DNA of 63,922 bases, filler included, from an uncultured bacterium (GCA_964371695.1; 9 parts of 9 records of this genome joined end to end with filler, not necessarily neighbours in it); one strand, 5' to 3'; counted from the whole stretch's first letter, positions 1 to 10,465 are shown. Numbers and translations: made by a program. Notes: generated by a model from the letters alone, not told the origin.

Positions 1-102
1 AGGATGCCCCGCAGGGGCAGGTGAGGGGTCAAACATAAACAAAAAACCAAACAAGGTTTTTTCCAACTTCCAACCTTCAATCACCAGCTTCCAGTTCTGT
101 CC

Positions 103-1209
103 CTACACCTGCCCCAAGCCCTGCTTGATGCGGTCCCACAGGCTCTTGTGCGGCTCGCGCTGTTTTTCGTCGGTGGCTTCGTCGAACTGCCGCAGCAGGT
201 CTTTTTGTTCTGGCGACAGGCGCGTGGGCACCTGTACATTCAGCACCACAATGTGGTCTCCCCGGCGGGTGGTGTTCAGGTCAGGAATCCCCAGGCCCTT
301 GAGCCGCACGTTTTCGCCCGACTGGATACCCGGATTGATTTTGATCTCCCGCTCGCCCTCCAGCGTGGGCACGCGGATTTTGCCCCCCAGCGCGGCGCAC
401 ACAAACGACACCGGCACCTCGCTGATCACCTCCAGGCCGTCGCGCTCAAACACCGGGTGGGCCGACACACGCACGTCCACAAACAGGTCGCCCCGCACAC
501 CCCCCGGCTCGCTGGGCAACCCCTGGCCGCGCAGGCGCAGGCGGGCGCTGTCAAAAATTCCGGCGGGCAGGTTCACCTCTACCTGACGCCGCCCCCGTAT
601 CAGCCCCTGTCCCCGGCAGTCGGGGCAACGGTGGCGAATGGTGCGCCCCTGGCCGCCGCAGGCCGGGCAGGTGATGACGGTGGCCATGCTGCCCAAGATG
701 GTGCGGGTCATCTGCTGCACCCGCCCCTGGCCGCCACAGGTGACGCAGGTTTCGGCCTGTGTGCCCGCCGCCGCACCGCTGCCGCTGCAACCGCCGCAGT
801 CCTGCAGGTCTTCCACCGTCACCGTGCGGGTTCCCCCACGGGCCGCTGTTTCAAAGTCCAGCGTCACCTGGGTGAGCAGGTCTTCTCCCCGGCTGCGCCT
901 GCGACCGCCCTGTCCCATGCCTCCCAAACCAAAAAAATCGCCAAACAGGTTCTCGAACAGGTCAAAGGGATTCACCCCCGCCGCCCCGCCGCCATCGGCG
1001 TCGCCAAACCGGTCATAACGGGCGCGCTTCTGATCGTCGCTCAACACGGCGTAGGCCTCGGAGACCTCTTTGAACTTGTCCTCGGCGGCGGGGTCGTCGG
1101 GGTTCAGGTCGGGGTGATATTTTTTGCTCAGCTCCCGATAGGCGGTTTTAAGCGCCTTCGCATCGGCGTTGCGGGGCACTCCCAATATGGCGTAATAGTC
1201 TTTTGACAT
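103..1209 (-). CDS. dnaJ: Chaperone DnaJ
   Basis: J-domain (KDYYAILGV...HPD), G/F-rich linker, four CxxCxGxG zinc-finger repeats and C-terminal domain; start taken at MSKD. Confidence 0.97.
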   Translation of the reverse strand: MSKDYYAILGVPRNADAKALKTAYRELSKKYHPDLNPDDPAAEDKFKEVSEAYAVLSDDQKRARYDRFGDADGGGAAGVNPFDLFENLFGDFFGLGGMGQGGRRRSRGEDLLTQVTLDFETAARGGTRTVTVEDLQDCGGCSGSGAAAGTQAETCVTCGGQGRVQQMTRTILGSMATVITCPACGGQGRTIRHRCPDCRGQGLIRGRRQVEVNLPAGIFDSARLRLRGQGLPSEPGGVRGDLFVDVRVSAHPVFERDGLEVISEVPVSFVCAALGGKIRVPTLEGEREIKINPGIQSGENVRLKGLGIPDLNTTRRGDHIVVLNVQVPTRLSPEQKDLLRQFDEATDEKQREPHKSLWDRIKQGLGQV

Positions 1210-1256
1210 GGTGGCGCGGCCCATGGGCCTTGTTCATTCTCTTGATTTGCTGAGCT

Positions 1257-3821
1257 TTGGCCAGTGGTCAAAAAAAATGTTTTGAACGGGCTGGTTATGC
1301 TTTGAAGGTGCCCCGATACCCGCATCCGTCATTGCCCGCCATAAACCCCGACGGCCACTTTGGTTTTTGGTTCACCGATGAACGGGGCCAGCCCGCTTAT
1401 GAATACACCAACGAGCAGGCCACCGACCCCTTGGCCGAAACCTTTACCACGCAGGGACCAAGCCGCCTGCACTGGCACCAGTTGGGGAACCAGCGCCTCA
1501 CCGCCGTGGCCCGCAACAGCGGCGAGGTGGTGTGTCTGGAATCTTCGCGGGGGCTGATGTGGCTGAACCGTGTGTCGCGTCGCCGCCGCTGCCCTGGCGG
1601 GGGCATCGCGCTGGTGACGGGTGAACAGGGCCTGTGGAGCGACCTGCACGAAACCGGCGGCGTGGCCCAGGGCGACCGCCGGGTGTTCGGCGAGGGTTAT
1701 TTCCTGAAGCAGAAAGAGCGCCACGGCCTGCGCCTCACCCACACCCTGTTTGCCCCTTTTGGTGATGACCCGGCGCTCATCAGTCACCTGGTGCTCACCA
1801 ACACCACCCCGCGCAAAAAGACCTTCCGCGTGTTTCTGTTTCACGGCGTGAACCTGCATTACATGACCGCCCACGGCGTTTACGCCACCGCCACCCGCAC
1901 CCACTATCTGCACGGCGCGGGCGGCGCGCTGCTCAACCCGCTGATGCAGTCTGCCGTGCGCCTGTTGCCCCTGGTGGACGCTGAAGAACAACGCCACCAG
2001 TTCGCCGCGCGTTTCCGTTTTGAGGCACGCCTTGAGGGCGGCCTGTTGTGGATGGCCCCCCATACCACACAACCCGCGCCCCCCAGGCAGATGAGCGCCG
2101 AGGCCAATCATTATCCTTCGCCGCTTTTTCTGGCCCCGCTGCAAAATGACGAGGCGCTGTGTTTCACCGAGGCCCGCCACTGGGTCACTGCCAAAGGGCG
2201 GTTCGTGTCCAGTCCCCCGGCAGAAAAAACCGTGGCGGCGTCACCGGCTTTTCCGTGCCTGTGTGTGGGGCATGAAATCACGCTTGCGCCCGGTGCGTCG
2301 CGGGAGTTGGCCTTTGTGTTTGGTTACGCCGAGGAACCCCAGGCGCGGGAGATGGTGAAGCGTTTTCAGAAGCAGCACCCGCAGCCGGGCCTGCTGAAAA
2401 CTCTGGCCCGGAACTGGGGCCGGAACAGCGTGGATTTTCAGAGCGGCCAAAAAGAAAACTGGCTCAGGCGCGAAACCCGCTGGCACGGTTATCACACCCA
2501 GAGCGCCGCGCTTTATGACACGTATTACGAAAACCATTACCTGCTGCAAGGAGGGCCTTATGAGTTCCTGCATGGTTTTCGCGGCGCAGTGCGCGACCTG
2601 GCGATGTTTGCGGTGGCGCTGGTGTATGTGAACCCCGCCCTGGCGCGGGAGGTGCTGGCTTATAACTTTCGCCTGATGTCGCCCCAGGGGCGGCTGATGT
2701 ACGCCGCCATGAACTTTGGCCAGGCCACCGGCGCGGGGGCACACGAAAACCCCAGCGACCTGTCGCTGTTTTTGTTGTGGGCGCTCACCGAATATGTTTT
2801 TGTCACGGGCGACTGGGCTTTTTTGAATGAAACCTCGCCGTTTTTTCCACGCCAGTCGGGCAAGGCCACGCACCTGCAAAAAGCCCTGCTGGCGCTCAGG
2901 CATTTTCACGATTGCATCGGCCTGGGAGAGCATGGTCTGGTGCGGGCTTCAGACGGCGACTGGTCTGACGGCATTTCTTTTCTGGTGAAAAACCGCCGGG
3001 TGTTTCTGGAAAAAGGCGAGAGCTGTTTTGTCTCGGCCATGGCGCTTTATGTGCTGCCCCGTGTTGCGGCGCTGCTGCGCCACGAAAACCCCACCGCCGC
3101 CGCCAAGGCCAGCCAAACCGCCGGGGGGCTTAAAAAAGCCCTCATGAAATGTTTCAACGGCCAGTGGTTTTATCGGGGTTATGACGGCGCGGGCGCGCCC
3201 ATTGGGGAGAAAGAAATTTTTCTGGAACATCACGTGTGGCTGTTGATCAGCCGCGCCCTGCCCCGGCCCGTGGCGCTCAAGGTGGTGCAGGCCATCCGCG
3301 AAAAACTCGACGACCCCCAGCCCTTTGGCCAGCGTCTGGTGTGGCCCTATCTGCCGTCGTGGATGAACCTGTTCGCGCCGGGCAGCGACGTGAACGGCGG
3401 CGTGTGGTGCGCCATCAATTATCTGTTGTGCTGGGGTTATGCCCACTATGACAAAGACCTGGCGTGGCGGGCTTATGTCAAAAACAGCATGGCCATGAAA
3501 GCCACGCTGGACCCGCACCTGTGGTACGGCATTTTCAGCGGCCCCGACAGCGTGAACGCGTCAGACGCCGAGCGCCCCGGCGAAGCGTTTTTTCACCTGC
3601 CCACGCCGGGCACGGATTTCCCCGTGATGAACCTGAACCGCCACGCCATGCCGCTTTTGGCCCTCTTCAAAATGGCCGGCCTGGAACCGGGGCCGCGAGG
3701 GCTGCCCACACCCAGGCCCCTGTTGCCCCACCGGACCTTTTCACTCAAGACACCCATGCTGTCGCTGAAGGTGCAGCAGGGGCTGGTGCAGGACTGGCGC
3801 TGGCGGGGGGGCTTGGTGTAG
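1257..3821 (+). CDS. GH94-like glycoside phosphorylase / six-hairpin glycosidase
   Basis: 854 aa; motifs GAVRD, NPSDLSLFLLW, GDWSDG (cf. GH94 DWND), GESCF, FNGQWFYRGYD, NGGVW; start uncertain. Confidence 0.65.
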   Translation: MASGQKKCFERAGYALKVPRYPHPSLPAINPDGHFGFWFTDERGQPAYEYTNEQATDPLAETFTTQGPSRLHWHQLGNQRLTAVARNSGEVVCLESSRGLMWLNRVSRRRRCPGGGIALVTGEQGLWSDLHETGGVAQGDRRVFGEGYFLKQKERHGLRLTHTLFAPFGDDPALISHLVLTNTTPRKKTFRVFLFHGVNLHYMTAHGVYATATRTHYLHGAGGALLNPLMQSAVRLLPLVDAEEQRHQFAARFRFEARLEGGLLWMAPHTTQPAPPRQMSAEANHYPSPLFLAPLQNDEALCFTEARHWVTAKGRFVSSPPAEKTVAASPAFPCLCVGHEITLAPGASRELAFVFGYAEEPQAREMVKRFQKQHPQPGLLKTLARNWGRNSVDFQSGQKENWLRRETRWHGYHTQSAALYDTYYENHYLLQGGPYEFLHGFRGAVRDLAMFAVALVYVNPALAREVLAYNFRLMSPQGRLMYAAMNFGQATGAGAHENPSDLSLFLLWALTEYVFVTGDWAFLNETSPFFPRQSGKATHLQKALLALRHFHDCIGLGEHGLVRASDGDWSDGISFLVKNRRVFLEKGESCFVSAMALYVLPRVAALLRHENPTAAAKASQTAGGLKKALMKCFNGQWFYRGYDGAGAPIGEKEIFLEHHVWLLISRALPRPVALKVVQAIREKLDDPQPFGQRLVWPYLPSWMNLFAPGSDVNGGVWCAINYLLCWGYAHYDKDLAWRAYVKNSMAMKATLDPHLWYGIFSGPDSVNASDAERPGEAFFHLPTPGTDFPVMNLNRHAMPLLALFKMAGLEPGPRGLPTPRPLLPHRTFSLKTPMLSLKVQQGLVQDWRWRGGLV

Positions 3822-3826
3822 CGCGC

Positions 3827-4525
3827 TCACCCCTGTTGCAGCAGGGCCTGCAGGGCTTCGTTGTCCAGCACCCGCAATCGCCCCCGCTTGGCCTCGATCA
3901 CGCCGTCTTTGGACCACCGCGACAACACGCGGATGCAGGTTTCGGTGGTGGTGGCCGCCAGTGTGGCCAGTTCCTCTTTGGTCAGCAGCAGCCACTTGCC
4001 CTTGGCCTGATCGCGCCCGCTCAAGAGCAGCAGAATGTGCGCCAGCCGCGTCTCCACCCGCTCGGTCTGCATGGTGCGCAGGGCGTGGCTTTCATGCACG
4101 CGGGTCATCACCTGTTTGAGCAGGCCCTCGGTGGCCAGATTTTCGTCTTCGGTCAGGCGCAGAAAAGGCGCGGTGGGAATCTCCAGCACCATGCTGCGGC
4201 GCAGGGCCACGGCGGTGGCGGGATAGGGCCGCCCCTGCACCGCCACCACGGCCCCCATCACTTCCCCTTCCAGCACCAGATGCAGCAAAATTTCCTTGCC
4301 CGTGGGGCTGGTGCTGATGAGCTTGAAACTGCCCTGGCACACGGCAAAAAAACGGCTGGCCGCTTCGCCCTGCAAAAAGGCTGTTTCGCCCCGGGCGAAA
4401 TGCATCAGCCGGCAATGCCGCGCCAGCGATCGCAGCAGGTCATCCGGCATGGGCGCAAAAGCCACGATGGTGCGCAGGGATTCCAGCGTGGGGGTGTCAG
4501 ACGCGCCCGTGGGCATGGCGGGCAT
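3827..4525 (-). CDS. Crp/Fnr-family transcriptional regulator (no Fe-S Cys cluster; DNR-like)
   Basis: cNMP-binding beta-roll followed by HTH (LTKEELATLAATTTETCIRVLS); the upstream part of the listed ORF is repeat/gap sequence. Confidence 0.9.
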   Translation of the reverse strand: MPAMPTGASDTPTLESLRTIVAFAPMPDDLLRSLARHCRLMHFARGETAFLQGEAASRFFAVCQGSFKLISTSPTGKEILLHLVLEGEVMGAVVAVQGRPYPATAVALRRSMVLEIPTAPFLRLTEDENLATEGLLKQVMTRVHESHALRTMQTERVETRLAHILLLLSGRDQAKGKWLLLTKEELATLAATTTETCIRVLSRWSKDGVIEAKRGRLRVLDNEALQALLQQG

Positions 4526-4636
4526 GGTAATACCAATCCCCCGCCGACATCCAAAAATGAGGGGGAGGCCGGAAAACAGGAAGCGGGAGATGGAAGCTGG
4601 AGGCTGGAAAAGGAAAAAATCCGACACCCCTCCGCC

Positions 4637-4971
4637 GTCATTCCCGCGAATGCGGCAGCCCAGTTGAAAGAAAAACAGCACACCTTCTTCTGTTTTCTTT
4701 TTTCTTTCAGTGGGGCGGGCGTCCCCGCCCGCCCGTTTAAAAAAAAATGATTTTTTATTTTTTTTTGACGCGGGCGGGGGCCGCCCCCCCCCCCCAGCGC
4801 CCCCCCCCCCACACAAAAAAAAAATTNNNNNNNNNNTTAAACCAATTAGTTGTTTTTTTGTTGTGCTGGGGGCGCGGCCCCCCCCCCCCCCCCCACTGTC
4901 GCCCGCCCCACCACCAAAAGAAAAAGTTTTTCGCCTTTGTTTTACTGGATTCCCGCTTTCGCGGGAATGAC
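4637..4971. repeat. Inverted pair of family A palindromes (GTCATTCCCGCGAAAGCGGGAATCCAG) around a family C hairpin and an assembly gap
   Basis: Degenerate copy at 4637-4663; canonical reverse copy at 4945-4971. Confidence 0.8.
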
Positions 4972-5053
4972 GCCGGAAGACGAGATTGATTGGGAGGGCG
5001 CATTTCTCTTTTTCCAGTTTCTGACTTCCCACCTCCGGCTTCTTTCTTTGGAC

Positions 5054-6361
5054 TCACGGCTTGGGCACGGCGGCGGTCAGGATTTCATGGCCCTTCTGCG
5101 TCATCAGCACGTCGTCTTCGATGCGCACGCCGATGCCCGCGAATTTGGGCGCGGCCTGGGCCGCGGCACTGCGGAAATAAAGCCCCGGCTCCACGGTGAA
5201 CACCATGCCCGGCGCCAGCGTGATGGGCTGGCCGTCGCGATCGCGGTAAGGGCAGGGGTCGTGTACGTCCAGCCCCAGCCAGTGGCTGGTGCCGTGGGGA
5301 TAAAACGGCCCCAGGGCGTTGTTTTTGAGGACCGAGCGCAGAGGCCCCCCCAACACCTTCAGGGCGATCAGGCCGCGGGCCAGTTCCTTTTGCGCGGCCT
5401 CGTGCACCGCCGCCAGCGTGGCCCCTGGCCGGGCGGTGTCAAAGGCCGCCTGCTGGGCGTTCAGCACAATGTCCAATATGGCCTTTTGCTGGACCGAAGG
5501 CGCGGCCCCCACACAAAACGTGCGGGTGATGTCGGCGGTGTAGCCGTCCACCTCGCCGCCCGCGTCAATCAGCAGCAGGTCGCCCTTTTTGAGGGTGCGA
5601 TTGTTTTTGACGTAATGCAGTACGCAGGCGTTGGGGCCGCTGGCCACGATGGGGTCATATCCCAGCCTGAGCGCCCCGGCGTGTCTGAACCCCTGCTCCA
5701 AAGCCGCCTGCACCTGATATTCCTTCGCCCCCGGCTCGGCGGCCATGCGGGCTGCGCCGTGACCCACCGCGCTGGCGGCGGTGGCCTTTTTGAGGGCGGC
5801 GATTTCGGTTTCGTCCTTGAACAGTCGCATGCCCCCCAGCATTTCGCTCAGGTCCACCAGCACCAGGGGCGGCATGGCCCCCCGCCGGGCGGCAGCCCGC
5901 ACCCGCGCCCACGCGCCCATCAGGCGTTTGTCTTCATCCGCGTCCTCGCCGGGAACGTGATACACCGCGTCGGCCCCCGCCAGCAGGCCCGGCAGGTCTT
6001 TTTCAAAAGCGTGGGTGGGTTTGATCTCGTTGAGGTGATGCTGCTTGGCCATCTCGGCAAAAGAGGGCCGCTCACCCAGCCACACCGCCATGTGTTCGTC
6101 GCGCTCTTCCAGATACGCTGTCCACTTGGGTTTGCCGTGGCGCGTGTCCAGCACCAGCACCGCACCGGGTTCTTCAAACCCCGCCAGATAAATAAAGTTG
6201 CTGCGGGCGCGGAAGGGAAACATCACGTCGTGGTTGCGCACCACCTCGTGGCCCGCAAACACCAGGGCCACCACGCCGTCTTCCAGCTCCTGGGCCAGTT
6301 GCCTGCGGCGGGCGAGCAGGTTATGCACCGGAGAATGGGTCTTGGGCGGCGGCGGCTTCAT
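5054..6361 (-). CDS. pepP: Xaa-Pro aminopeptidase (M24B)
   Basis: AMP_N domain (FPFRARSNFIYLAG), LLLIDAG...YTADITRT, HGTSHWLGLDVHD, TVEPGLY, GVRIEDD. Confidence 0.95.
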   Translation of the reverse strand: MKPPPPKTHSPVHNLLARRRQLAQELEDGVVALVFAGHEVVRNHDVMFPFRARSNFIYLAGFEEPGAVLVLDTRHGKPKWTAYLEERDEHMAVWLGERPSFAEMAKQHHLNEIKPTHAFEKDLPGLLAGADAVYHVPGEDADEDKRLMGAWARVRAAARRGAMPPLVLVDLSEMLGGMRLFKDETEIAALKKATAASAVGHGAARMAAEPGAKEYQVQAALEQGFRHAGALRLGYDPIVASGPNACVLHYVKNNRTLKKGDLLLIDAGGEVDGYTADITRTFCVGAAPSVQQKAILDIVLNAQQAAFDTARPGATLAAVHEAAQKELARGLIALKVLGGPLRSVLKNNALGPFYPHGTSHWLGLDVHDPCPYRDRDGQPITLAPGMVFTVEPGLYFRSAAAQAAPKFAGIGVRIEDDVLMTQKGHEILTAAVPKP

Positions 6362-6482
6362 GGGAACATGTTATAGGAGGGATCTGGCCGGACGAAAAAT
6401 TGACGGTTTGGCGGACAACCCGAATCTCTCTGTATACTGCCCCCGTTCCCCTCTGCACGGCCCATATCGAAAGGTGGTTCCC

Positions 6483-7121
6483 ATGTTTGACAACCCTGTG
6501 ATGCTGGCGTTTATTTTTGGTGGCCTCAGCGCCATTTCACTGCCCATTGGCGCGGTGATCGGCCTGTGGACCCGGCCGGGGGCCAAGGTGGTGGCGGGTG
6601 TGATGGCCTTTGGCGCGGGCGCGTTGATCTGCGCGCTCACACTGGAACTCGTGGCCTCGGCCCTAACCCATTTCCCCACACCCAAAGAGGGTTTTGTGCC
6701 TCTGGCGCTGGGGGCGGCCCTGGGGTGTCTGGTGTTCATCGGCCTGGATCAGGTCTTCAGCAACATGGGGGGATTTCTGCGCAAAGCCTCCACCCTCACG
6801 GCGCGTCTCAAGCAAAACAAGAAACAGGCCTATTCCGACCTGCTGGGCAAACTCAGCAAGGTGGACATCCTGGCCAGCCTGCCCCCCGCCGAGGTGCGGG
6901 CCATTGTGCATCACGTGGAGGACAGGTTTTTTCCGGCGGGCACGGTGGTGTTCAGCCAGGGGGGATATGGCGACTCGTTGTATCTCATCGAGTCGGGCAA
7001 GGTGGAAGTGCTGGTGGATGGCCCCGACGGCCGCAAGACCATCGCCGTGCTGGGCGAGGGAGAAACCTTTGGCGAAATGGCCCTGCTCTCTGGCGAGTCG
7101 CGCAACGCCACGGTGGTGGCC
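6483..7121 (+). CDS. ZIP-like membrane segment fused to a cNMP-binding domain (3' truncated by contig end)
   Basis: Three hydrophobic helices (VMAFGAGAL is ZIP-like), then LYLIESGKVEV...FGEMALL...RNATVVA. Confidence 0.7.
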
Positions 7122-7221
7122 NNNNNNNNNNNNNNNNNNNNNNNNNNNNNNNNNNNNNNNNNNNNTTAATTAATTAANNNNNNNNNNNNNNNNNNNNNNN
7201 NNNNNNNNNNNNNNNNNNNNN
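7122..7221. other. Artificial contig linker (identical linkers at 14293-14392, 21445-21544, 28570-28669, 35690-35789, 42779-42878, 49831-49930, 56881-56980)
   Basis: N44-TTAATTAATTAA-N44 with stops in all frames; the contigs decrease steadily in length from ~7.1 to ~6.9 kb. Confidence 0.99.
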
Positions 7222-7234
7222 AAGGCCAATAAAA

Positions 7235-7279
7235 CCAATGAACATTCCTGCTATTTTGAATGTTCATTGGTATGAGATG
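7235..7279. repeat. Family H AT-rich hairpin repeat (CAATGAACATTC-N10-GAATGTTCATTG); second copy inverted at 16811-16855
   Basis: Two ~45-bp copies on different contigs with few mismatches. Confidence 0.75.
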
Positions 7280-7359
7280 AGTAGCAGCGATGTCCTCATC
7301 GCTGCTGTATGGGTGCGGTGGGGACACCGCACCTACTCCTTTTTTAACCAGATGAACCA

Positions 7360-8844
7360 CTAACCCTTCGCCAGAAAACCCAGAAACCTGAAGGCGTCCT
7401 GCACGTGTTTGATGACATAACGGGTGCGAAAGGCCCGTTTGATGTTCATCCAGATGATGTGAGGGCGCAGATAAAACTTGCGAAAGGCCCGCATGCTTTC
7501 ACGTTCCAGAATCTCCCGCGACAGACCGTGGGCGATGAAGATGGGGTTCCAGATGTTGATCTTCTCCCAGTCGTCTTCAAACGTGCCGTATTTCTGCCAG
7601 TTGGTGTAAATCTCGGTGCCGGGCAGGGGCACGAAGTAACTCATCTGGAAATAATCCAGGGGCAGGTCCAGGGCGAACTGTGTGGTTTTGCGGATGGTCT
7701 GGAGCGTGTCGCCCGGCGAACCCACCATGAAAAACGCCTTGGGGCTGATGCCCGCCTCGCGGGTCCATTGCAGCGCCTGTTTGATCTGGTCCAGAGAAAC
7801 GTTCTTTTTCATGTTGTCCAGCACCTGCTGGTCGCCGCTTTCCACGCCATAACTGATGGACCAGCAACCGGCGGCCTTCATCAGCTCCAGCAGGTCGGGC
7901 TTCACCACGTCCACCCGTCCGCTGATGGCCCAGGTGATGTCCACCTTTTCGTCAATCAGCAACTGGCAGAACTGTTTGAGCACCTTGCGAAAGATGAGCA
8001 GGTCTTCGTCTTCAAAATTGATGGACTTGATACCGTAGTTCTCCTGCAGGTGGCGAATCATCTCCAGCGCCCGCTGGGGGCTGTGGATGCGGGTTTTGCT
8101 GCTGTAAAAATCCCGTGCGCAAAAAGTGCATTCGCCTTTGAGGCAACCCCGGCTGATGAGCAGGCTGGCGCTGGGAACGCGGTCTATGCGCACCGTCACA
8201 TGCTGGTAATACTTGGGCAGGTCGGGGAAAAGATCCCACGCAGGCATGGGCAGGCTGTCCATGTCCTGCACCAGTTCGCGGCGCGGCGTGAACACCGGCT
8301 CGCCTTCTTCGCGGTACACCAAGCCTTTTACGTTTGCCAGATCGCCGCCGGTCACAAAGGTGTTCAGTAGCTCTGGCAGCGTGAACTCGCCCTCGCCCCC
8401 CACCCCCAGGTCAAACTCCGGGAAACGGTTGAGCGTTTCCACCGGCACGGCGCTGAAGTGTGCGCCCCCCACCAGTGTCACGATGTCGGGCCGCGCCTGT
8501 TTGAGGGCGCCGGCGATGCGGGCCGCATTGGTCACCACCAGTGTGGTGGAAGAAAAACCCACCACGTCGGGGTTTTCATCCAGCACCCGCTTGAGCACTT
8601 CCTGACGGGTGAGTTTTTCCGCCACGGAATCCACACAAGCCACTTCAAAGCCCTGCTCGCGCAGCACCGCCGCCAGAATGGCCATGCCCTGGGGCACCAC
8701 CGTCACCCAGCGGGCGATGCTGTGGTAACGGTCCTGCATCACCACCGGCGGATAACAGAGCACCACCTTGGGTTTGCGGCCCCCCTTCAGACGCGCATGA
8801 ATGCCCACAAGGGCGCTTTGGGTGTCGGGGGCAGCGGCAATCAA
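7360..8844 (-). CDS. Cobalamin-binding radical SAM protein (class B methyltransferase-like)
   Basis: B12 domain (PQGMAILAAVL, PDVVGFS, LVGGAH, GEGE); SRGCLKGECTFC; GVESG. Confidence 0.92.
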   Translation of the reverse strand: MIAAAPDTQSALVGIHARLKGGRKPKVVLCYPPVVMQDRYHSIARWVTVVPQGMAILAAVLREQGFEVACVDSVAEKLTRQEVLKRVLDENPDVVGFSSTTLVVTNAARIAGALKQARPDIVTLVGGAHFSAVPVETLNRFPEFDLGVGGEGEFTLPELLNTFVTGGDLANVKGLVYREEGEPVFTPRRELVQDMDSLPMPAWDLFPDLPKYYQHVTVRIDRVPSASLLISRGCLKGECTFCARDFYSSKTRIHSPQRALEMIRHLQENYGIKSINFEDEDLLIFRKVLKQFCQLLIDEKVDITWAISGRVDVVKPDLLELMKAAGCWSISYGVESGDQQVLDNMKKNVSLDQIKQALQWTREAGISPKAFFMVGSPGDTLQTIRKTTQFALDLPLDYFQMSYFVPLPGTEIYTNWQKYGTFEDDWEKINIWNPIFIAHGLSREILERESMRAFRKFYLRPHIIWMNIKRAFRTRYVIKHVQDAFRFLGFLAKG

Positions 8845-8989
8845 GGTTTCTCCGTCGAAAGCAGCAGTCTAGCAGGCCCGGACTTTTTCAAAGCAGGCTG
8901 GCCAAACAAGGCCCTAAAAAAGAAAGCTGGGTCTTGTTTGGTTATAAGCGGGGACGTTGCCTGTGCCGATGGCCCCAACAAAGAGTTCT

Positions 8990-9074
8990 GGTAGAACAGG
9001 CATCCCTGCCTGTTTGGAAAGAAAAGGGTTTTTGTCCTCATTTTTTTGAAACAGGCAGGGATGCCCGTTCTACC
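8990..9074. repeat. REPIN-like inverted pair of GTAG-type REP hairpins (family C)
   Basis: GTAGAACAGGCATCCCTGCCTGTTT ... AAACAGGCAGGGATGCCCGTTCTAC. Confidence 0.8.
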
Positions 9075-9142
9075 AAAAGAAAAAAAACAAAGGTCCGATT
9101 TTTTCTGAAGGAAAGCCGCCCACGCGGCGCTTTATGGATTTT

Positions 9143-10465
9143 TCAACTGGCCGCCCGGGCGCACAGGGCGTCTTCGTGGGCCAGGGTTTTGGGGGGTTGC
9201 AGCAGGGTGAAGCTGATCACCAGCCCCCCCGCCAGAATCACGCCACCGGTGAGAAACGGCCAGGCCGGACCAATGCGGTCAAACACCTGACCGGCAAACA
9301 GGGGGCCAAGCACACGCCCCAGTCCCATCACGCTTTGGGCCATGCCCATAAGGCCACCCTGGTTTTCGCCTTCGGCGCGGTGTGAAAAATAGGCCATGAG
9401 GGAGGGTTCCTTAAGGCCGTCGCCCACCGCCAGAAAGGCGATGGCCACCAGGGCCGCCACCAGCCAAAGTCCCACCGAAGGCGCAAAAAGATACCGCCCC
9501 GTGTCCAGCAGGGGTTTGGTGACGGGCACCAGAAACATGCCAATCGGCAGCAGCATGGCCCCCACGCGAATCAATGTCAGCTCGCTAAAGTGTTTGCGCA
9601 GCCAGCCCAATAAAAAACCTTGTGTGAACACCACCAGCACACCCGCAAATGCGAACAGGCCGCCCAGGTGCGCTTCTCCCAGGCCCAACTGGCGCTCGCC
9701 GTACATCACAATGGCCAGTTCCAGGGCGGCAAACCCAAAGGGCACCAGAAAGAACAGGGCGAAGGGGCCACGGTGCTGGGGTTGCAGCACCTGATCCAGA
9801 CTCAGGCTGCGCCACAGGGAGGTTTTTTCTGTCTGCACCCGCTTGGGGGCGGGATTGTTTTTAAGCACGATCTGGGCGATAACCGCCGCCAGCACGCTGG
9901 TGGTCGCCGCCACCCAAAAGGGCATGAACAGGCCAAACCGGTGAGCCAGCAGGCCCCCCGCCGCCGGTCCCAGCACAAATCCTGCGCCATAACCCATGCC
10001 CATGATGCCCATGCCCCGGGCGCGGTCCTGGGGGCTTGTGTTGTCGGTGATATAGGCCTGGGCCACCCCCATGTGGGCGCTGAAACCGCCCCCCACCACG
10101 CGGGCCAGATACATGATGAAAAAAGCATTGGTGAAAGGGGAGTTCTCTACCAGATAACCCGTGAGGGCAAACAGGGCATGTCCCGCCGCCACGCCCACCA
10201 GCCCCCAGGTGATGAGGGGTTTGCGGCCAAAGCGGTCGCTGAGCATGCCCATGATGGGGCTGAGCAAAAGGCCCATGAGGGCATAGAGGGCGATGATCCA
10301 GCCCATTTGTGAGCCGCCGCCGCCAAAACGGGTGGTGAGGCGGGGCAGCAGGGGAAACACCAAGCCAAAGCCGAACAGGTTCACCAGCCCCACCAGCGCG
10401 ATGGCATAAAGCGCACGCCAGTTGGTGGGTTGGTTGGGGGAGGAAGGTTTGTTCACTTTTTTCAC
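9143..10465 (-). CDS. MFS transporter, DHA1/TetA-like
   Basis: About 12 TM helices; motif A GMLSDRFGRKP; motif C GFVLGPAAGG. Confidence 0.92.
   Translation of the reverse strand: MKKVNKPSSPNQPTNWRALYAIALVGLVNLFGFGLVFPLLPRLTTRFGGGGSQMGWIIALYALMGLLLSPIMGMLSDRFGRKPLITWGLVGVAAGHALFALTGYLVENSPFTNAFFIMYLARVVGGGFSAHMGVAQAYITDNTSPQDRARGMGIMGMGYGAGFVLGPAAGGLLAHRFGLFMPFWVAATTSVLAAVIAQIVLKNNPAPKRVQTEKTSLWRSLSLDQVLQPQHRGPFALFFLVPFGFAALELAIVMYGERQLGLGEAHLGGLFAFAGVLVVFTQGFLLGWLRKHFSELTLIRVGAMLLPIGMFLVPVTKPLLDTGRYLFAPSVGLWLVAALVAIAFLAVGDGLKEPSLMAYFSHRAEGENQGGLMGMAQSVMGLGRVLGPLFAGQVFDRIGPAWPFLTGGVILAGGLVISFTLLQPPKTLAHEDALCARAAS

Noticed and set aside
4712-4920. Long inverted repeat with poly-C/G/A runs, and the long ORF extension of the Crp gene
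   Set aside because: Flanks a 10-N gap and looks like low-quality read tails through a hairpin; the sequence is unreliable.
7122-7221. TTAATTAATTAA recurring every ~7 kb
   Set aside because: Artificial linker inside N runs; not biological, and neighbourhoods across it (for example DUF559 beside the MazF operon) are not real.
8120-8170. CX4CX2C spacing in the first radical SAM gene (approximately 8120-8150)
   Set aside because: This variant is common among B12-dependent radical SAM proteins.
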